DNA of 64,000 nucleotides from a virus (taxonomy: Duplodnaviria > Heunggongvirae > Uroviricota > Caudoviricetes): the IMG/VR virus record IMGVR_UViG_3300013902_000267; one strand, written 5' to 3'. Position numbers and translations under genes: made by a program. Each line of letters begins with the position of its first letter. The stretch's first letter is position 1. The notes under the pieces are model-generated. The model had not been told where the DNA came from. It worked only from the letters and a program-made list of their open reading frames with translations, and did not search any database. Positions 45,045 through 56,912 of this stretch are shown here, piece after piece.

Positions 45045-45172
45045 TTAATAGATTTAATTTAGTTTACTTCTAAATATAAAGAGATATATTCTAATATAGA
45101 GTATATCTCTTTTTTCATAAACTTAATTTTAATTTTAACATATAATATTTAAAGTTATAATATTTTTAATAA

Positions 45173-45571
45173 ATGGAAAAATTAAATTCATTCAAGGAAC
45201 TGTTTACATGGAATAAAGATGAACAACAAGATTTAGAATTTGAAAATCTGAATCTTATAACTGCTGTTTATTCTGCACAACGAATTGATTTGATACGGAG
45301 GGAATTTAAACGAACATATAAAGAATTAACAGATTTATTAGATATAAGGAAATCAAATGAATCGCTGAAAACAAGGATTAATAATTTTAATTCAGAAGAT
45401 TGGATACATAAAGTATATTCATTGATGAATGCGTCCGTAAAGAAATATGATGATTTAATGTATGCGATAAATTTTCATAATATATTATTTCCTGATGAAC
45501 CTGCATTAGGATTAGATGAAGATGAAATAAAAGTTATAAATCAAATAAAAGGAATAGAGTTTATTACATAA
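45173..45571 (+). CDS. Hypothetical protein
   Basis: 132-aa ORF with its own promoter and terminator. Confidence 0.7.
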   Translation: MEKLNSFKELFTWNKDEQQDLEFENLNLITAVYSAQRIDLIRREFKRTYKELTDLLDIRKSNESLKTRINNFNSEDWIHKVYSLMNASVKKYDDLMYAINFHNILFPDEPALGLDEDEIKVINQIKGIEFIT

Positions 45572-45631
45572 TAAAAATGGGGATATAACAAATTGTATGT
45601 TATATCCCTTTACTTGTTAATAGTTATTTAA

Positions 45632-45883
45632 TCAAAAGATACAATGTAGTATTCCACCTATGCAGATTACCAATGTATATTTTAACATATCTTTGTGATT
45701 GCATACGTCACACTTTTCTGTTTGCATATGATGTACATAACAAGAGTGTACGATCATCGCTAAGATTGAAAATGTAAATCCAGTTAACAAAGAAATTAAT
45801 AGCCATGCTATGAACATGATAGCATTCCCGTTATTTGTTTTTACATCATTCCAAACTTCCTTAAGTATTTCCAATATGTACAA
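45632..45883 (-). CDS. Small membrane protein
   Basis: Two to three hydrophobic segments; solitary minus-strand gene. Confidence 0.6.
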   Translation of the reverse strand: MYILEILKEVWNDVKTNNGNAIMFIAWLLISLLTGFTFSILAMIVHSCYVHHMQTEKCDVCNHKDMLKYTLVICIGGILHCIF

Positions 45884-46085
45884 GCCAAAAGTTATGAAGA
45901 ACTATTTAACTGAATCAAATGTTAATCCCTTAAGGAAATTAACTAAATTTAAAAAAGAATTTAACATATCAAATTATAAATAACTATTTTTAGTATGTTA
46001 TTAGTAAAACATACCTATATATTTATTAAACTATTTTATTTTATAATCATATAAACAATATGAAGTTAGATTAATTTTAAATAAA

Positions 46086-46622
46086 ATGAAAGAGCAAAGA
46101 TATACAATAAAGGATGCAGAGGAAATGTCTTATAATGAAGATATTATCTGTTTTTGGAAACCATACGGAATAAATGAAATAGGTCCACATGTATTGTGTC
46201 AGTGGTATAAGTCAATATTTAGTGATGATAAGAATACTTATTCTTGCACTGAACAATATATGATGTATCAGAAAGCTATTTTGTTTGGCGATGATGAAAT
46301 TGCAATGAAAATTCTTCAAGAAAAACGTCCAGATCAAATGAAGAAATACGGAAGACTTATTAAGAATTTCGATGAAAAAGTTTGGAATGAAAATAAGTTT
46401 ATGATTGTATATAATGGTAATTATCTTAAGTTCACGCAAAATAAGAAACTTAAGGATTATCTTAAATCTACAGGAAATTCTATATTGGTAGAAGCATCTC
46501 CATATGATGCTGTATGGGGAGTAAAAATGTCAATGGATAATGACGATATTTTATATCCAGAAAAGTGGAATGGACAGAATTTATTAGGATTTGCACTGAT
46601 GCAAGTAAGAGATGATATTTAA
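46086..46622 (+). CDS. NADAR (YbiA/DUF1768) family protein
   Basis: LCQWY, TEQYMMYQKAILFGD, GRLIKNFDEKVW, KFTQN, LVEASPYDAVWGV, GQNLLGFALMQVR. Confidence 0.92.
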   Translation: MKEQRYTIKDAEEMSYNEDIICFWKPYGINEIGPHVLCQWYKSIFSDDKNTYSCTEQYMMYQKAILFGDDEIAMKILQEKRPDQMKKYGRLIKNFDEKVWNENKFMIVYNGNYLKFTQNKKLKDYLKSTGNSILVEASPYDAVWGVKMSMDNDDILYPEKWNGQNLLGFALMQVRDDI

Positions 46623-46641
46623 TATTTAATTTTATATAACT

Positions 46642-49600
46642 ATGAATATACAAGAGATTTTAGGAGAGATTAAGAAATTATCTGATGATGATATTGTAAA
46701 GTTTAATAAGGAGTTTTCCACTTTTTATAAGCCATTTAAGAAGAAGGAAGATGAGATTAAAAAAGAGCAGAAAAAGAAAGAAGATGAATTGAAGCTTGTT
46801 CGTGTAAAAGAAATAGGTGATAAAATTTGTGAACTATATGAAATAAATGGATTTCCAGTTTCAAGTGTACATAAGTGTAATGATGCACCTTACTCTACAT
46901 ATGAAGATTATGGTGGATATGTATTGGATGACTGTGATATAGAACCATATATTAAAAAAGTAGATGAGGAGACTGATAAAGAATTAGATAAATTATTTAA
47001 CGATTTTTATAATAATATGTCTGATAAAGAATATCTTAATGAGAAAAAAGAAGCTGATGATTTATATCCAGGTGATACAATATTTAACTTCTATATGAAA
47101 GGTGGAACATTTAAAAAAGTAATGGACAATGAAGTGGAATCTGTTATTACAGTTTAAGAATTATATAAAATATAAAACACCTTGGAAATATTGTCAATAT
47201 AATAAACAACTATATAAAAATGATAAATTCCGAATAGAATATTTTTGGAGAAGAGAAAATCATTTTGCGATAGGTTTTTATTATGATGGAAATTTTCATA
47301 CAGAAGTATGGTCTAATAATGAAAGTTGGTTTGTAAATAAAATATATATTAATTTTATATATGCATCATTTTTAATTGTTACAAAGAAAAAGTTATATTG
47401 TAAATATCCAGATGATTATTTTGATTTGAATTAATTATGAAATTATATCAGATTTATACTAAAGGTAATTATTGTAGTGGTGGATTTAATGAATCTTTTG
47501 ATGAACCTATGGATGGTCCAGCATATAAAACAATTTTCACTACATATGAAAAAGCAAAAGAACATTTACCAGAAAAACATGGTGATAGATTTACAGGTTT
47601 TTCTGAGTATTATATAAAAGAAGTTGAAATAGAATGATTGATAATACGAAAGAATATATTGTATGTGCTGCTTATCTACAAACTAGAAATACTAGTAATA
47701 GACAAAATATGATAGATAAGCAAGGTAAAGATCCAAAATCAATATATTATGAACCACATAATCAAGTATTTGATATGAGATTGGGGTTTAGACATCCCGA
47801 TATTATATATCAATATGGTGATGAAATAAACAATAAAGAATCTGATGGAGGTTTTATGACATCAAAAGGAAGATATGTAGGAAGAGTAGAAGCAATGAAA
47901 ATAGCTTATGAATGTGGTCAAGTATCCAAGGAAAAAGCTATCAGGAATGATAAGTATATAAAGAATGGATATTGGCCATTATATTCAGAAGATATTTATT
48001 AATTTTAATACAATATGAAAAAGAATAAAATTACTATTGAACTATCAAATTCTGAAATTAATAGATTAACTAATCTGTTATTTAAAGGTACTGCATATGA
48101 TGAAACTTATTATGATAAACGAACATGCACATTGGATGAAAAATTCAGAGAGAATTTTTGTCAGATGCTTGTAGATGGTTCAGAAAAATATAAAGATAAA
48201 AATATTAAAGTAACAACCTTTAATGGTATATTAAAAGATGTAGATAAAGATTATTACTTGTTTAATTAAATTATGAGTATGACATTAGATGAAGCTATTA
48301 AGCATGCAGATGAAGTATCAGAAACATGTGATAATAGAGATTGTGGATTAGAACATAAGCAACTTGCTAGTTGGTTGAGAGAACTTAAGGAATTAAGGAA
48401 TAAACATATTCAAGATGAGTTAGAGAAAGATGCTACATTTTATGCAGATAAAACTATTTACGAAGGGAGTATATATGGATTTCCATCAGGTGATGTTAGA
48501 GAGAAATATAATGCCGTAAAATGTGCATATAAAGAAGGATTCTGCGCATGTTTAAATAAAAATATTAATACAAATGAGTGAGATAAGAAAAGGATGCTAT
48601 ATGCATACATCATATAATGGTCCATGTGATGATGAGGAAACATGGATTTTCCCTGATGGATTTGAAGGTGTAGATGATGATACTTATTATGAAATTGAAT
48701 ATGATTATCATTCAGCAGCAGATCCTATGGATCAATCATGTACATATCATGTAACATCTATTAAACCTGTTTCTATATTGATGAAGAATGCTTATGAAAT
48801 TATTCAGAAATATAAATATATGCAAAATCATATAGATGAGTTTGAAAAGTGGTTAAGTGACAATTATGAAATTAAACGAATATGAATTATGTAAAGCTTT
48901 CATTATGCCATGTTATTGGTATATCGAAGGTGAAGAACATGAAAAATTTTATGTTGATGAACAAACATGTGATTGGTATAATTTTATAGAAAATGATGAG
49001 TTTAATAATAACGAAAAAGAAATACGTAAATGGTGGAAAATAATGTTATATAAACCATCAAATATAGAAACAAAGGATCTTACAGAAGAACAATGTAAAT
49101 GGTTGGTTAATGGGTGTTATCATGATATGATTAATATATATGATGATAAAGAAGATGATACAGATTATGAAAAATATGAATGGGATTTTAAAAAACATTG
49201 TATAAAAAAAGATTAAAGATATTTTTCATATTTAAATTTTAATATGTAACTTTGAATTATAATTTTAATTTAATATTATATGAAATATCGTATTACAAAA
49301 TCAGAAAAAGGTTATCGTGCTGAAATTGGTAAACATAATGCACGAAATGGTGTATTAGAATATATATCCATTGAGAACGATAATAATTATTTGTGTAGTT
49401 GTAAAACTTATTATGAAACCGAGATTGATGCAATTGAAGCATGTAAGAAGCATCATCATGAAAAGGGATATGATAAACTACCTAAAGTAGTAGATGAGTT
49501 TGAACTTTAAATTTTATTAATATGTGGATCGCAAGAAATAAAGGATTTGAATCATGTGACAATGGATTTATTCTTGGTGATGTTCATCTTTTTTCAAAGA

Positions 49601-51600
49601 AACCAAAACGTAAAATTAATAAAGATCGTAAGTGGGAGAAAGAACCATCTATATGGGATGGACATTGTGCAAAGATGAAGCTTAAATCGGATGAATATCC
49701 TGATTTAAAATGGGAAGATGAACCATTAGAAGTTGATTTAGATATTAATCATAATAGATGGGATTTAGATATTTGGAAATATTTAACTGCAATTGAGAAT
49801 ATAGCAGGATGTTATGAAAATCAATTTACTAATGATAATCAAGGTTTAAAAATCTGTAATGAAATATATAATAAAGTAAAAGAGTTAAAGCAATTATTAG
49901 TTTTAAAATAAGTTTAAGAATATCTTTCTTATTCCAATAAAAATATGTATCTTTGTAATAGAGTTTAATAATAATTAAAAGATATATTATGGATAAGAAA
50001 GATATTCTTTATAATTTAAAGAAGGTTAATAAGTATATTGATTATAAAATAGGCGATTGGGTAGAAACATGTAACATGCTTCCAGGTATTGTACAAGAAA
50101 TTCATAATTATTATGATCCAAGAAAAAATATGCAATGCTTTGTAGAAGATGTTATTATTTATTATCCACATTATGCTATTGATAATCCAGATTATCATGG
50201 TGGTTCATCATGTTCAATTACAGGATGTGGCGTTCATCAGATTTCACAGGAATATGCAAAGATATTATTTTCATTAGGCTATGATAAACTTGTTAATCTG
50301 TGGAATGATTATAAATTAAAGGATGATGAAATATCATGGGATGATTTTGTCAAGAAAGAATATGATAAACTTTCTGACAAAGAGAAATTAAATGGTATTA
50401 TATTATTTAATATCGGTGAAGAATATTCACGAAAAATTAAAGATATAAAATAAATGAATGATAATAAGTCAAATATAACGGGATTATATTTTGAAGATAA
50501 TATGGCTGTTTTTAATAAAGCTGTAGTTTATCCTAAAAATTATAATCCTAAAACAGATTCAAAATTCATGCATGATTTGGATTATACATCTGAATGGTGT
50601 GAACATTCTGAAGAGAGATTATTTTGGAATAATGATCTCATTGAGAATCCATTTATAACAAATGAATTTTATTATGCAGAAATTAATCATCCTACAATGG
50701 GTAAAGCTATATATAGAAAACGAAAAAATGGTAAATATATATGGCAATTTGAAAATGAAAAAGATGTAAAGGTATCTATGAGATCATCATTTGGAAGTCA
50801 ATATAAAGATATGATTAATGATGGTTATATTGTAATTAAGAAGGGACATAATAAAATTACATCAAATTAAAATTAAAGCGTATGTATAAAGTAAAGCATA
50901 TTCCAACAGGTTTGTATTATCAACCTGTTACATCATCAGGAACAAATCTTGGGAAGAAAGGAAAAATATATGAAACATCTTCATCTTGTTTATCAGGCAG
51001 TGAAGATTATATTATTATTGATATTAAGAAAACATCTCCTATATATAGAGATTTTGCTGGTATTCTTGATATGAAATACGGTTTAAAAAAAGCTGGTGCC
51101 AAATTTGGATATGTATATTGTAAAATTCCTAAATCAGATTTTGAAAAAGAATATTTACCTGTTGATATAAATACATTAGAAAATATTATAAGTAAACAGA
51201 GAGAAAAATATATAGATAATGATATTGTTCAAACATGTTTAAATGAAATTATTGAACAAATAACAGGTGAAAAAGTAAATGTAAAATCAAAAAATAATGT
51301 ACCTAATATGGATGAACTTGTTAAATCTGTTAGGGAATTAAAAGTTTCAAAAGAAAGAACAGAAGGACTTTTTAAAAATTTACATAGTATGTTATCATGA
51401 AAATGTTTCAAGATGGTAATATGGATTATGATTATTATGAACATAATAATCATTTTACTGATGAGGAAGAAGATGTGATGAAAGATTATGAATGGTCTAT
51501 CATGAGTCATTTATCAAAAGATGAAATAAATGAAATAAATGATTATGAATATAGTCTTTTATCTAGACAAGCAGATGATGAATATGATAATTTTTATTAA
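46642..51600 (+). CDS. Run of 13 small co-oriented, TAG-free hypothetical genes (46642, 47129, 47437, 47634, 48015, 48273, 48574, 48857, 49280, 49522, 49989, 50454, 50882) plus 51397..51600
   Basis: Tightly packed or overlapping ORFs from the track; TAnnTTTG promoters at 49247 and 49948; no recognisable catalytic motifs. Confidence 0.7.
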
Positions 51601-51644
51601 ATAATAAAAGAGAGTTAAGAAACGAATCTTAACTCTCTTTTTCT

Positions 51645-53780
51645 TTATTCATATGTTTTAATTTCTATTCCTAATTTATTGGCTTTTTTCATTTTACTAG
51701 ATGTCGAACATAAATCATCAGTAAATAAAATTTTACATTCAGTCCATATAGTAGTTTCTTCATATTCAGGATGTTCTTTTAGAAACTCTTTTTTTGTATT
51801 AAATCCAAAAGATTTTGGAGAACCAGTCATAATAATTTTAATTTTTTCAGAATTTTCATTACTAGAATTACTATTTACTTTTGTTGTAATATCTATATTA
51901 AGTAAATTAACAACTTCCATAACTAAATTATATTCTTCACTATTTTTATCTAATGCCCAGTTATATGCAATAGAACTAAATCCAAAGGTAGAATACTCTT
52001 CATTTCTAATAATTTTAGCACATAATGAAGATGCTCTATGTCCACATGATTTAAAGCAAAAACTTAATATAATATCTTCTAATGTAATATGTTCTCTATA
52101 TGTTTTTAAGTTATCTACAATATTTTTAATAGATTTACTTGTACCTAAATATTCTGTAATTAATTTTAATCTTTCATCTGACATTAAATATACAATATTA
52201 CGTAAATCATGAATTTCATTATGAAGATTACTATCCCATAACATATTTGCAACAGCAGGTCCAATAGTGTTAATATTTAATGCCGTAGCAGAAGCTAAAA
52301 AATTATTTTTATTAAACTCATCATGAGATTTAAAAACTTTCATAAGATGCATAGTTCCAGATGATTCAGTTACAACTTCTGTATCCTCAGGAATATTAAT
52401 ATTGTTTATTCCAGCAGGCTTAATAATTTCATAAACAAATGGAATAATATCTCCTGCTAATGAAATTCTTACTTCTGAACCTATACCGCATTGTTTCTTT
52501 ATAATGTAATTATAATTATGTAATGATGCTTTCTTTAATTCTTTACCATCCAAGTATATAGGTTCAATAATAGCTTTAGGAAAATATTCTCCTGTTTTTT
52601 TTACATTCCATTCAATATCTATAATTTTTGTAGTGTTAATCATAGGAATGAATTTCATAGCAACGCAATCAAGAGGTCTTTCTCTATCTTCATTATATAA
52701 TCTTGATGATGCAGAAGGTTTGAATACAATACCATCTAACGCATATTTAGAATTTTCATTTCTGAATTTTTCATATTCATCATAGATATGTTTTAAATCA
52801 TCTCCTGATATATATCCATTATATGTATGACATTGACAGAAATGTAATTCAGGTAATTCGCCTATATATCCTAAATATGGTTGTAACATTTCATATGTAG
52901 GATCCGTAGGATTCATCCATGATAATTCTGTATATTTTTGTGTATCTTTATTATATATACGATAATCATAACATACGAAATGTAAATCATTATCTATCAA
53001 TAAATTTTGATCAATATCAGTTACTTTCCGACCAAGAAGACCTGCAACATATGATCTAGGATTTGTAAATTTATCAGCAAAATTTTCATTAAACACTGAT
53101 ATTGGTACCAATACTTCACCACGAATACATAAAATATCACCTGGTGTTAATATATTGTGACAACATTCATTTATTAATGTCCATGTATTAAGTTTAGGTA
53201 AAAACCAATGTTTAATATCTGTTCCATAATTACCGTCACCTCTTGTGGCACATGAAATTAATTCAACATTATTATTTTTATCTAGTGTAAATTCTGTACT
53301 AAATGAACATCCATCTAATTTAGGTGTTGTCTCATAGGAAGTCGTATTATGTGATTTATTGATATACTTATTTAACTCGTCTGCAAAATATTGCCAATTT
53401 ACATTATTTGTTTCTTTATTTTCCTTAATTTGTACTTTTGATAAAGAACCCATTATAAAACTATGTTTAATAGTATAATTCACATGTTTAGATGTATTTT
53501 TACTGCCAATATAGTTTTTATTTTCTAATCCTACAAATGATTCTAGTTCATCAAACATAGAATCATTAAGTATTTCCCTTTGTGAATTATAATACGAATC
53601 CTTACATATACGAAGCAATTCCTTTATTTCATCAGTAGATAAATTATTTTTAATATCATCTATATTACTGTTAAATAAATTTGATTGTATACTTATATAC
53701 ATATCAGATGGATCCATGCCTTTGAGTTCATATTGCTTTACTGCATATAACTCATTTTTTAATGTTGTATAATTTGTCAT
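51645..53780 (-). CDS. ligA: NAD-dependent DNA ligase
   Basis: YY..EILNDSMFDEL, TPKLDGCS, TRGDG, RGEV, DGIVFK, OB and HhH regions, C-terminal BRCT-like IMTGSP; GAGACT-N17-TAAAAT promoter. Confidence 0.92.
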   Translation of the reverse strand: MTNYTTLKNELYAVKQYELKGMDPSDMYISIQSNLFNSNIDDIKNNLSTDEIKELLRICKDSYYNSQREILNDSMFDELESFVGLENKNYIGSKNTSKHVNYTIKHSFIMGSLSKVQIKENKETNNVNWQYFADELNKYINKSHNTTSYETTPKLDGCSFSTEFTLDKNNNVELISCATRGDGNYGTDIKHWFLPKLNTWTLINECCHNILTPGDILCIRGEVLVPISVFNENFADKFTNPRSYVAGLLGRKVTDIDQNLLIDNDLHFVCYDYRIYNKDTQKYTELSWMNPTDPTYEMLQPYLGYIGELPELHFCQCHTYNGYISGDDLKHIYDEYEKFRNENSKYALDGIVFKPSASSRLYNEDRERPLDCVAMKFIPMINTTKIIDIEWNVKKTGEYFPKAIIEPIYLDGKELKKASLHNYNYIIKKQCGIGSEVRISLAGDIIPFVYEIIKPAGINNINIPEDTEVVTESSGTMHLMKVFKSHDEFNKNNFLASATALNINTIGPAVANMLWDSNLHNEIHDLRNIVYLMSDERLKLITEYLGTSKSIKNIVDNLKTYREHITLEDIILSFCFKSCGHRASSLCAKIIRNEEYSTFGFSSIAYNWALDKNSEEYNLVMEVVNLLNIDITTKVNSNSSNENSEKIKIIMTGSPKSFGFNTKKEFLKEHPEYEETTIWTECKILFTDDLCSTSSKMKKANKLGIEIKTYE

Positions 53781-53916
53781 ATTCTATATATAGTTTATCT
53801 AATTATTTTATAAAATAATAAGAAAAAAGTCTCATTAAATTTTTTATTTAGGAAATTAATATGTATCTTTGTATTGTTAATAAACAAATAAGTTGAACAA
53901 TTAAAAATATAAGATT

Positions 53917-54306
53917 ATGTTATCATATACAGATTTACAATCAGATGAGTTTCTTTCAAAAGCAATTAAGAAGGCATATTTAGAATCATTAGGTTCAGAA
54001 ATTAAGGAAATGATTCAGACTATTGAATCACAATGTGCAAAGATTCAACAGTTAGAAGGCAACCAGAAGGCACTTGAACAAGAAATAGAAGCTCGTGATG
54101 CACAACTTAATACTCCAGAACATAAGGTCGCACTTGCAATTAAGGAAATGATGCATGCAGAAGCTTTAGGTACTGTTGTAACAGAAACACCTTCTATCGT
54201 ACGTTCACAAGTTACAAAGCATCTTGCGATCGATATAGATACCTGTGGATATTATGAGGATGGAGCAAAGCGATATGATTCAGACGCAACTGTTGAATGG
54301 CGTTAA
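53917..54306 (+). CDS. Hypothetical coiled-coil protein
   Basis: 129-aa ORF behind the 23-bp promoter cassette at 53859. Confidence 0.7.
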   Translation: MLSYTDLQSDEFLSKAIKKAYLESLGSEIKEMIQTIESQCAKIQQLEGNQKALEQEIEARDAQLNTPEHKVALAIKEMMHAEALGTVVTETPSIVRSQVTKHLAIDIDTCGYYEDGAKRYDSDATVEWR

Positions 54307-54392
54307 ATATCTAAATTATATTAAGAGATAGATAATAAACAAACTTTATCTATCTCTTTTACTATAATAATAAATGATATTGATCTATACAG

Positions 54393-55013
54393 ATGAAAGT
54401 TTATATAGATGTTTACTATTATACAGATAATAAAACTAGTAAAGAGTATGCTCATACAGTAGCTGGTCTTTTTAATGATTATTCAGATTTGGATTTTGAA
54501 AAAGTAATAGTAACAAGAACAGATAATATAGCAGAATATGAACAGGGTAATTTTTATAAGAGAGAATTACCTCCTATTATTGATGTATTAAAAGAAATTA
54601 AAAAACAAGGATATATACTTGATACAATAATAGTTGATGGATATGTACATATGTGTGAAGATGATGGTATAACATATCATAAAGGTTTAGGGTCAAGACT
54701 AAAAGATTATTTATTGGATAATAATATAGATATACCTATTATTGGAATTGCAAAGCATCCTTATAAATGGATGTATAAAGATACGTATTTTAAATATGAT
54801 AACAATATAATAAAATATGAAACTTTTGATAAATCTTTGAAATTACCAAAGAAAAATATGTATATAACATTTTCTTTAGAATATAAAGATGATGTTAAAT
54901 TACAAATAGTAAAGGAAATTTATGCAATGAAGAAAGTTCAACGTGATGCTAAATTTAGTTTACTGTTTACAAAAATTGATCAAATAACAAAAGAGTATAA
55001 ACATGATAGTTGA
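54393..55013 (+). CDS. nfi: Endonuclease V family protein
   Basis: IDVYY, FYKRELP, IIVDGY, GLG, IPIIGIAK. Confidence 0.8.
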   Translation: MKVYIDVYYYTDNKTSKEYAHTVAGLFNDYSDLDFEKVIVTRTDNIAEYEQGNFYKRELPPIIDVLKEIKKQGYILDTIIVDGYVHMCEDDGITYHKGLGSRLKDYLLDNNIDIPIIGIAKHPYKWMYKDTYFKYDNNIIKYETFDKSLKLPKKNMYITFSLEYKDDVKLQIVKEIYAMKKVQRDAKFSLLFTKIDQITKEYKHDS

Positions 55014-55467
55014 TTTTAAAACATTTATATATGCCGGTTTCTTTGTATCAGATGATGATAAGTAGAAACTTGAAATTGCATTTTGTGAGAATGTAGAAAA
55101 TGGTGCTTCATATCTACAAGATTGGAAAGTGTATATTGATCACTGTACAATGATATTTAATGATGGAAATTTTGATGATGCAAAATCAGAAAATATCATT
55201 AATTATTTGAAGGATACTCCACCTGATACACATATGTATTTAACGGTAGATGGAATTGGTAGATATGAAAATGTATTTGCGTTTAGGATTAAGAAAACAG
55301 AAGTAGTATCTATGTTGATTAAGAATAAACAACCACATATTACATGTGTATTAAATCCTGATACAAATAAACCTGTTGATAGTAATAAGATTTGTAACTG
55401 GATTGATATTAATCCTATTAAGATAGATACAGTTTGTAAGATTTTTAACAAGAAGAAAAAGAAATAA
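55003..55467 (+). CDS. 154-aa 2H phosphoesterase (one TAG)
   Basis: Two HxT motifs (DHCT, PHIT), KPVDSN; ATG 55003 in frame across a TAG. Confidence 0.7.
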
Positions 55468-55469
55468 TT

Positions 55470-56192
55470 ATGAATACTTATGATTTTACAGATCCATTTG
55501 ATTATGAAGAATATATGAAATTATTGAATAATTTCTTAGAACCATCAGTTAAAGAGAAAAATAATATTATATATAATTCTCATTTTACGCTACGACCTGT
55601 TGATACTGATACTTATAATAAGTTTAAGGAATATCTTGAATATGAATATGATAAGAATACTTGTTTTTTTATGCATATTTGTATTGATGGAAAAATTATA
55701 AATGATTCTGTTTATTTTTGTAGATTCGATTCTTATGATTATTTATATTCAAAGATAAAGGATTATAATAAGAAGAAACATTATTTTGAATTTTTCACTA
55801 AATGTGATATAGCGTCATATACAAAAGAAGAAGTTGATAAGTATAATGATGAATATGAGCGTTATCATTATAGAGGAAAAAAACGAAAGGTTGGTGAGAA
55901 ATATTTAAAGAAAACAGATGTTATTGTTAATCTTAAATCAGGTAAAGAAGTATCGTTTATTGAAATACCTAAGTATAATAGAGGATATATTGTATATGAG
56001 AAATATTATTCACCAAATGGTGAATATAAAATTATTTCTTTAGAAACAGGTAGAATAATTGAATATGATTATGGTGATAAAATTGAAACAGATAATCATG
56101 TAATATTTAAAGCGAAACGTAATGATTATAATGATCCTGTTAAAGCTATAGTTCTAGATAAAAGTACAGGTGATTTTATTTATATTGATTAA
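55470..56192 (+). CDS. Hypothetical protein
   Basis: 240-aa ORF. Confidence 0.7.
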   Translation: MNTYDFTDPFDYEEYMKLLNNFLEPSVKEKNNIIYNSHFTLRPVDTDTYNKFKEYLEYEYDKNTCFFMHICIDGKIINDSVYFCRFDSYDYLYSKIKDYNKKKHYFEFFTKCDIASYTKEEVDKYNDEYERYHYRGKKRKVGEKYLKKTDVIVNLKSGKEVSFIEIPKYNRGYIVYEKYYSPNGEYKIISLETGRIIEYDYGDKIETDNHVIFKAKRNDYNDPVKAIVLDKSTGDFIYID

Positions 56193-56206
56193 ATTATAAT
56201 AAAATT

Positions 56207-56695
56207 ATGTTAGTATTTCATGGTAGTTCACAACGAATAGATTATATTGATATAGATAAATGTCATTTAGGTTGGCATTGCGGAAATATTTGTCAAGCAA
56301 TAGATATTACAGATCCTAAAAGACATAATGATAAATTTGATTGGGAAACTACATATATTTATGTATCTGATATATATCCAACACATGATAATACAATTTA
56401 TATAGAAGATAAATTTAGATATTCTGATAATTTTTTAGATGATATTATTACAGAACTATCAAATAAGTTAATATCAGAATTTCCTAATATATCATTAAAT
56501 GATTTATATACATGTGAGTCTGAAAGAGATGTTAGAGACTTCTTACTTTATAATAATATAAAATATATTGCATATGAAAATTTAATAGAAAGTAGAGGAT
56601 TATCTTTTGTTATATTAGATGAAGGTGAAATAGATAATGTACAAGAATATACATTTTATGATTTTTTAATAATAAATTTAAATGCTAAAATTTAA
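56207..56695 (+). CDS. ADP-ribosyltransferase-like protein (ART-PolyVal-like)
   Basis: VFHGS..GWHCGN..QA; IKYIAYEN.IE..GLSFVIL. Confidence 0.5.
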   Translation: MLVFHGSSQRIDYIDIDKCHLGWHCGNICQAIDITDPKRHNDKFDWETTYIYVSDIYPTHDNTIYIEDKFRYSDNFLDDIITELSNKLISEFPNISLNDLYTCESERDVRDFLLYNNIKYIAYENLIESRGLSFVILDEGEIDNVQEYTFYDFLIINLNAKI

Positions 56696-56912
56696 GAAAC
56701 AACATAAACATTTCTTTATAACTAAATATAAATCTATGTTTTGTATAGAAGATATTATAAAAATAGCTCGTTATGATGATAATTGTAGAGGAGGAAAAAT
56801 ATATAAAGCAAGATTAAATGGAATAAATGAAGATTATGAGTTTAATATTGATCCAGATGATCAAGAACGATTAGTAAAATATATTAAGCAGTTAGGATAT
56901 GATAAAATTTAA
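56682..56912 (+). CDS. Hypothetical protein
   Basis: 76-aa ORF. Confidence 0.65.
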   Translation: MLKFKKQHKHFFITKYKSMFCIEDIIKIARYDDNCRGGKIYKARLNGINEDYEFNIDPDDQERLVKYIKQLGYDKI

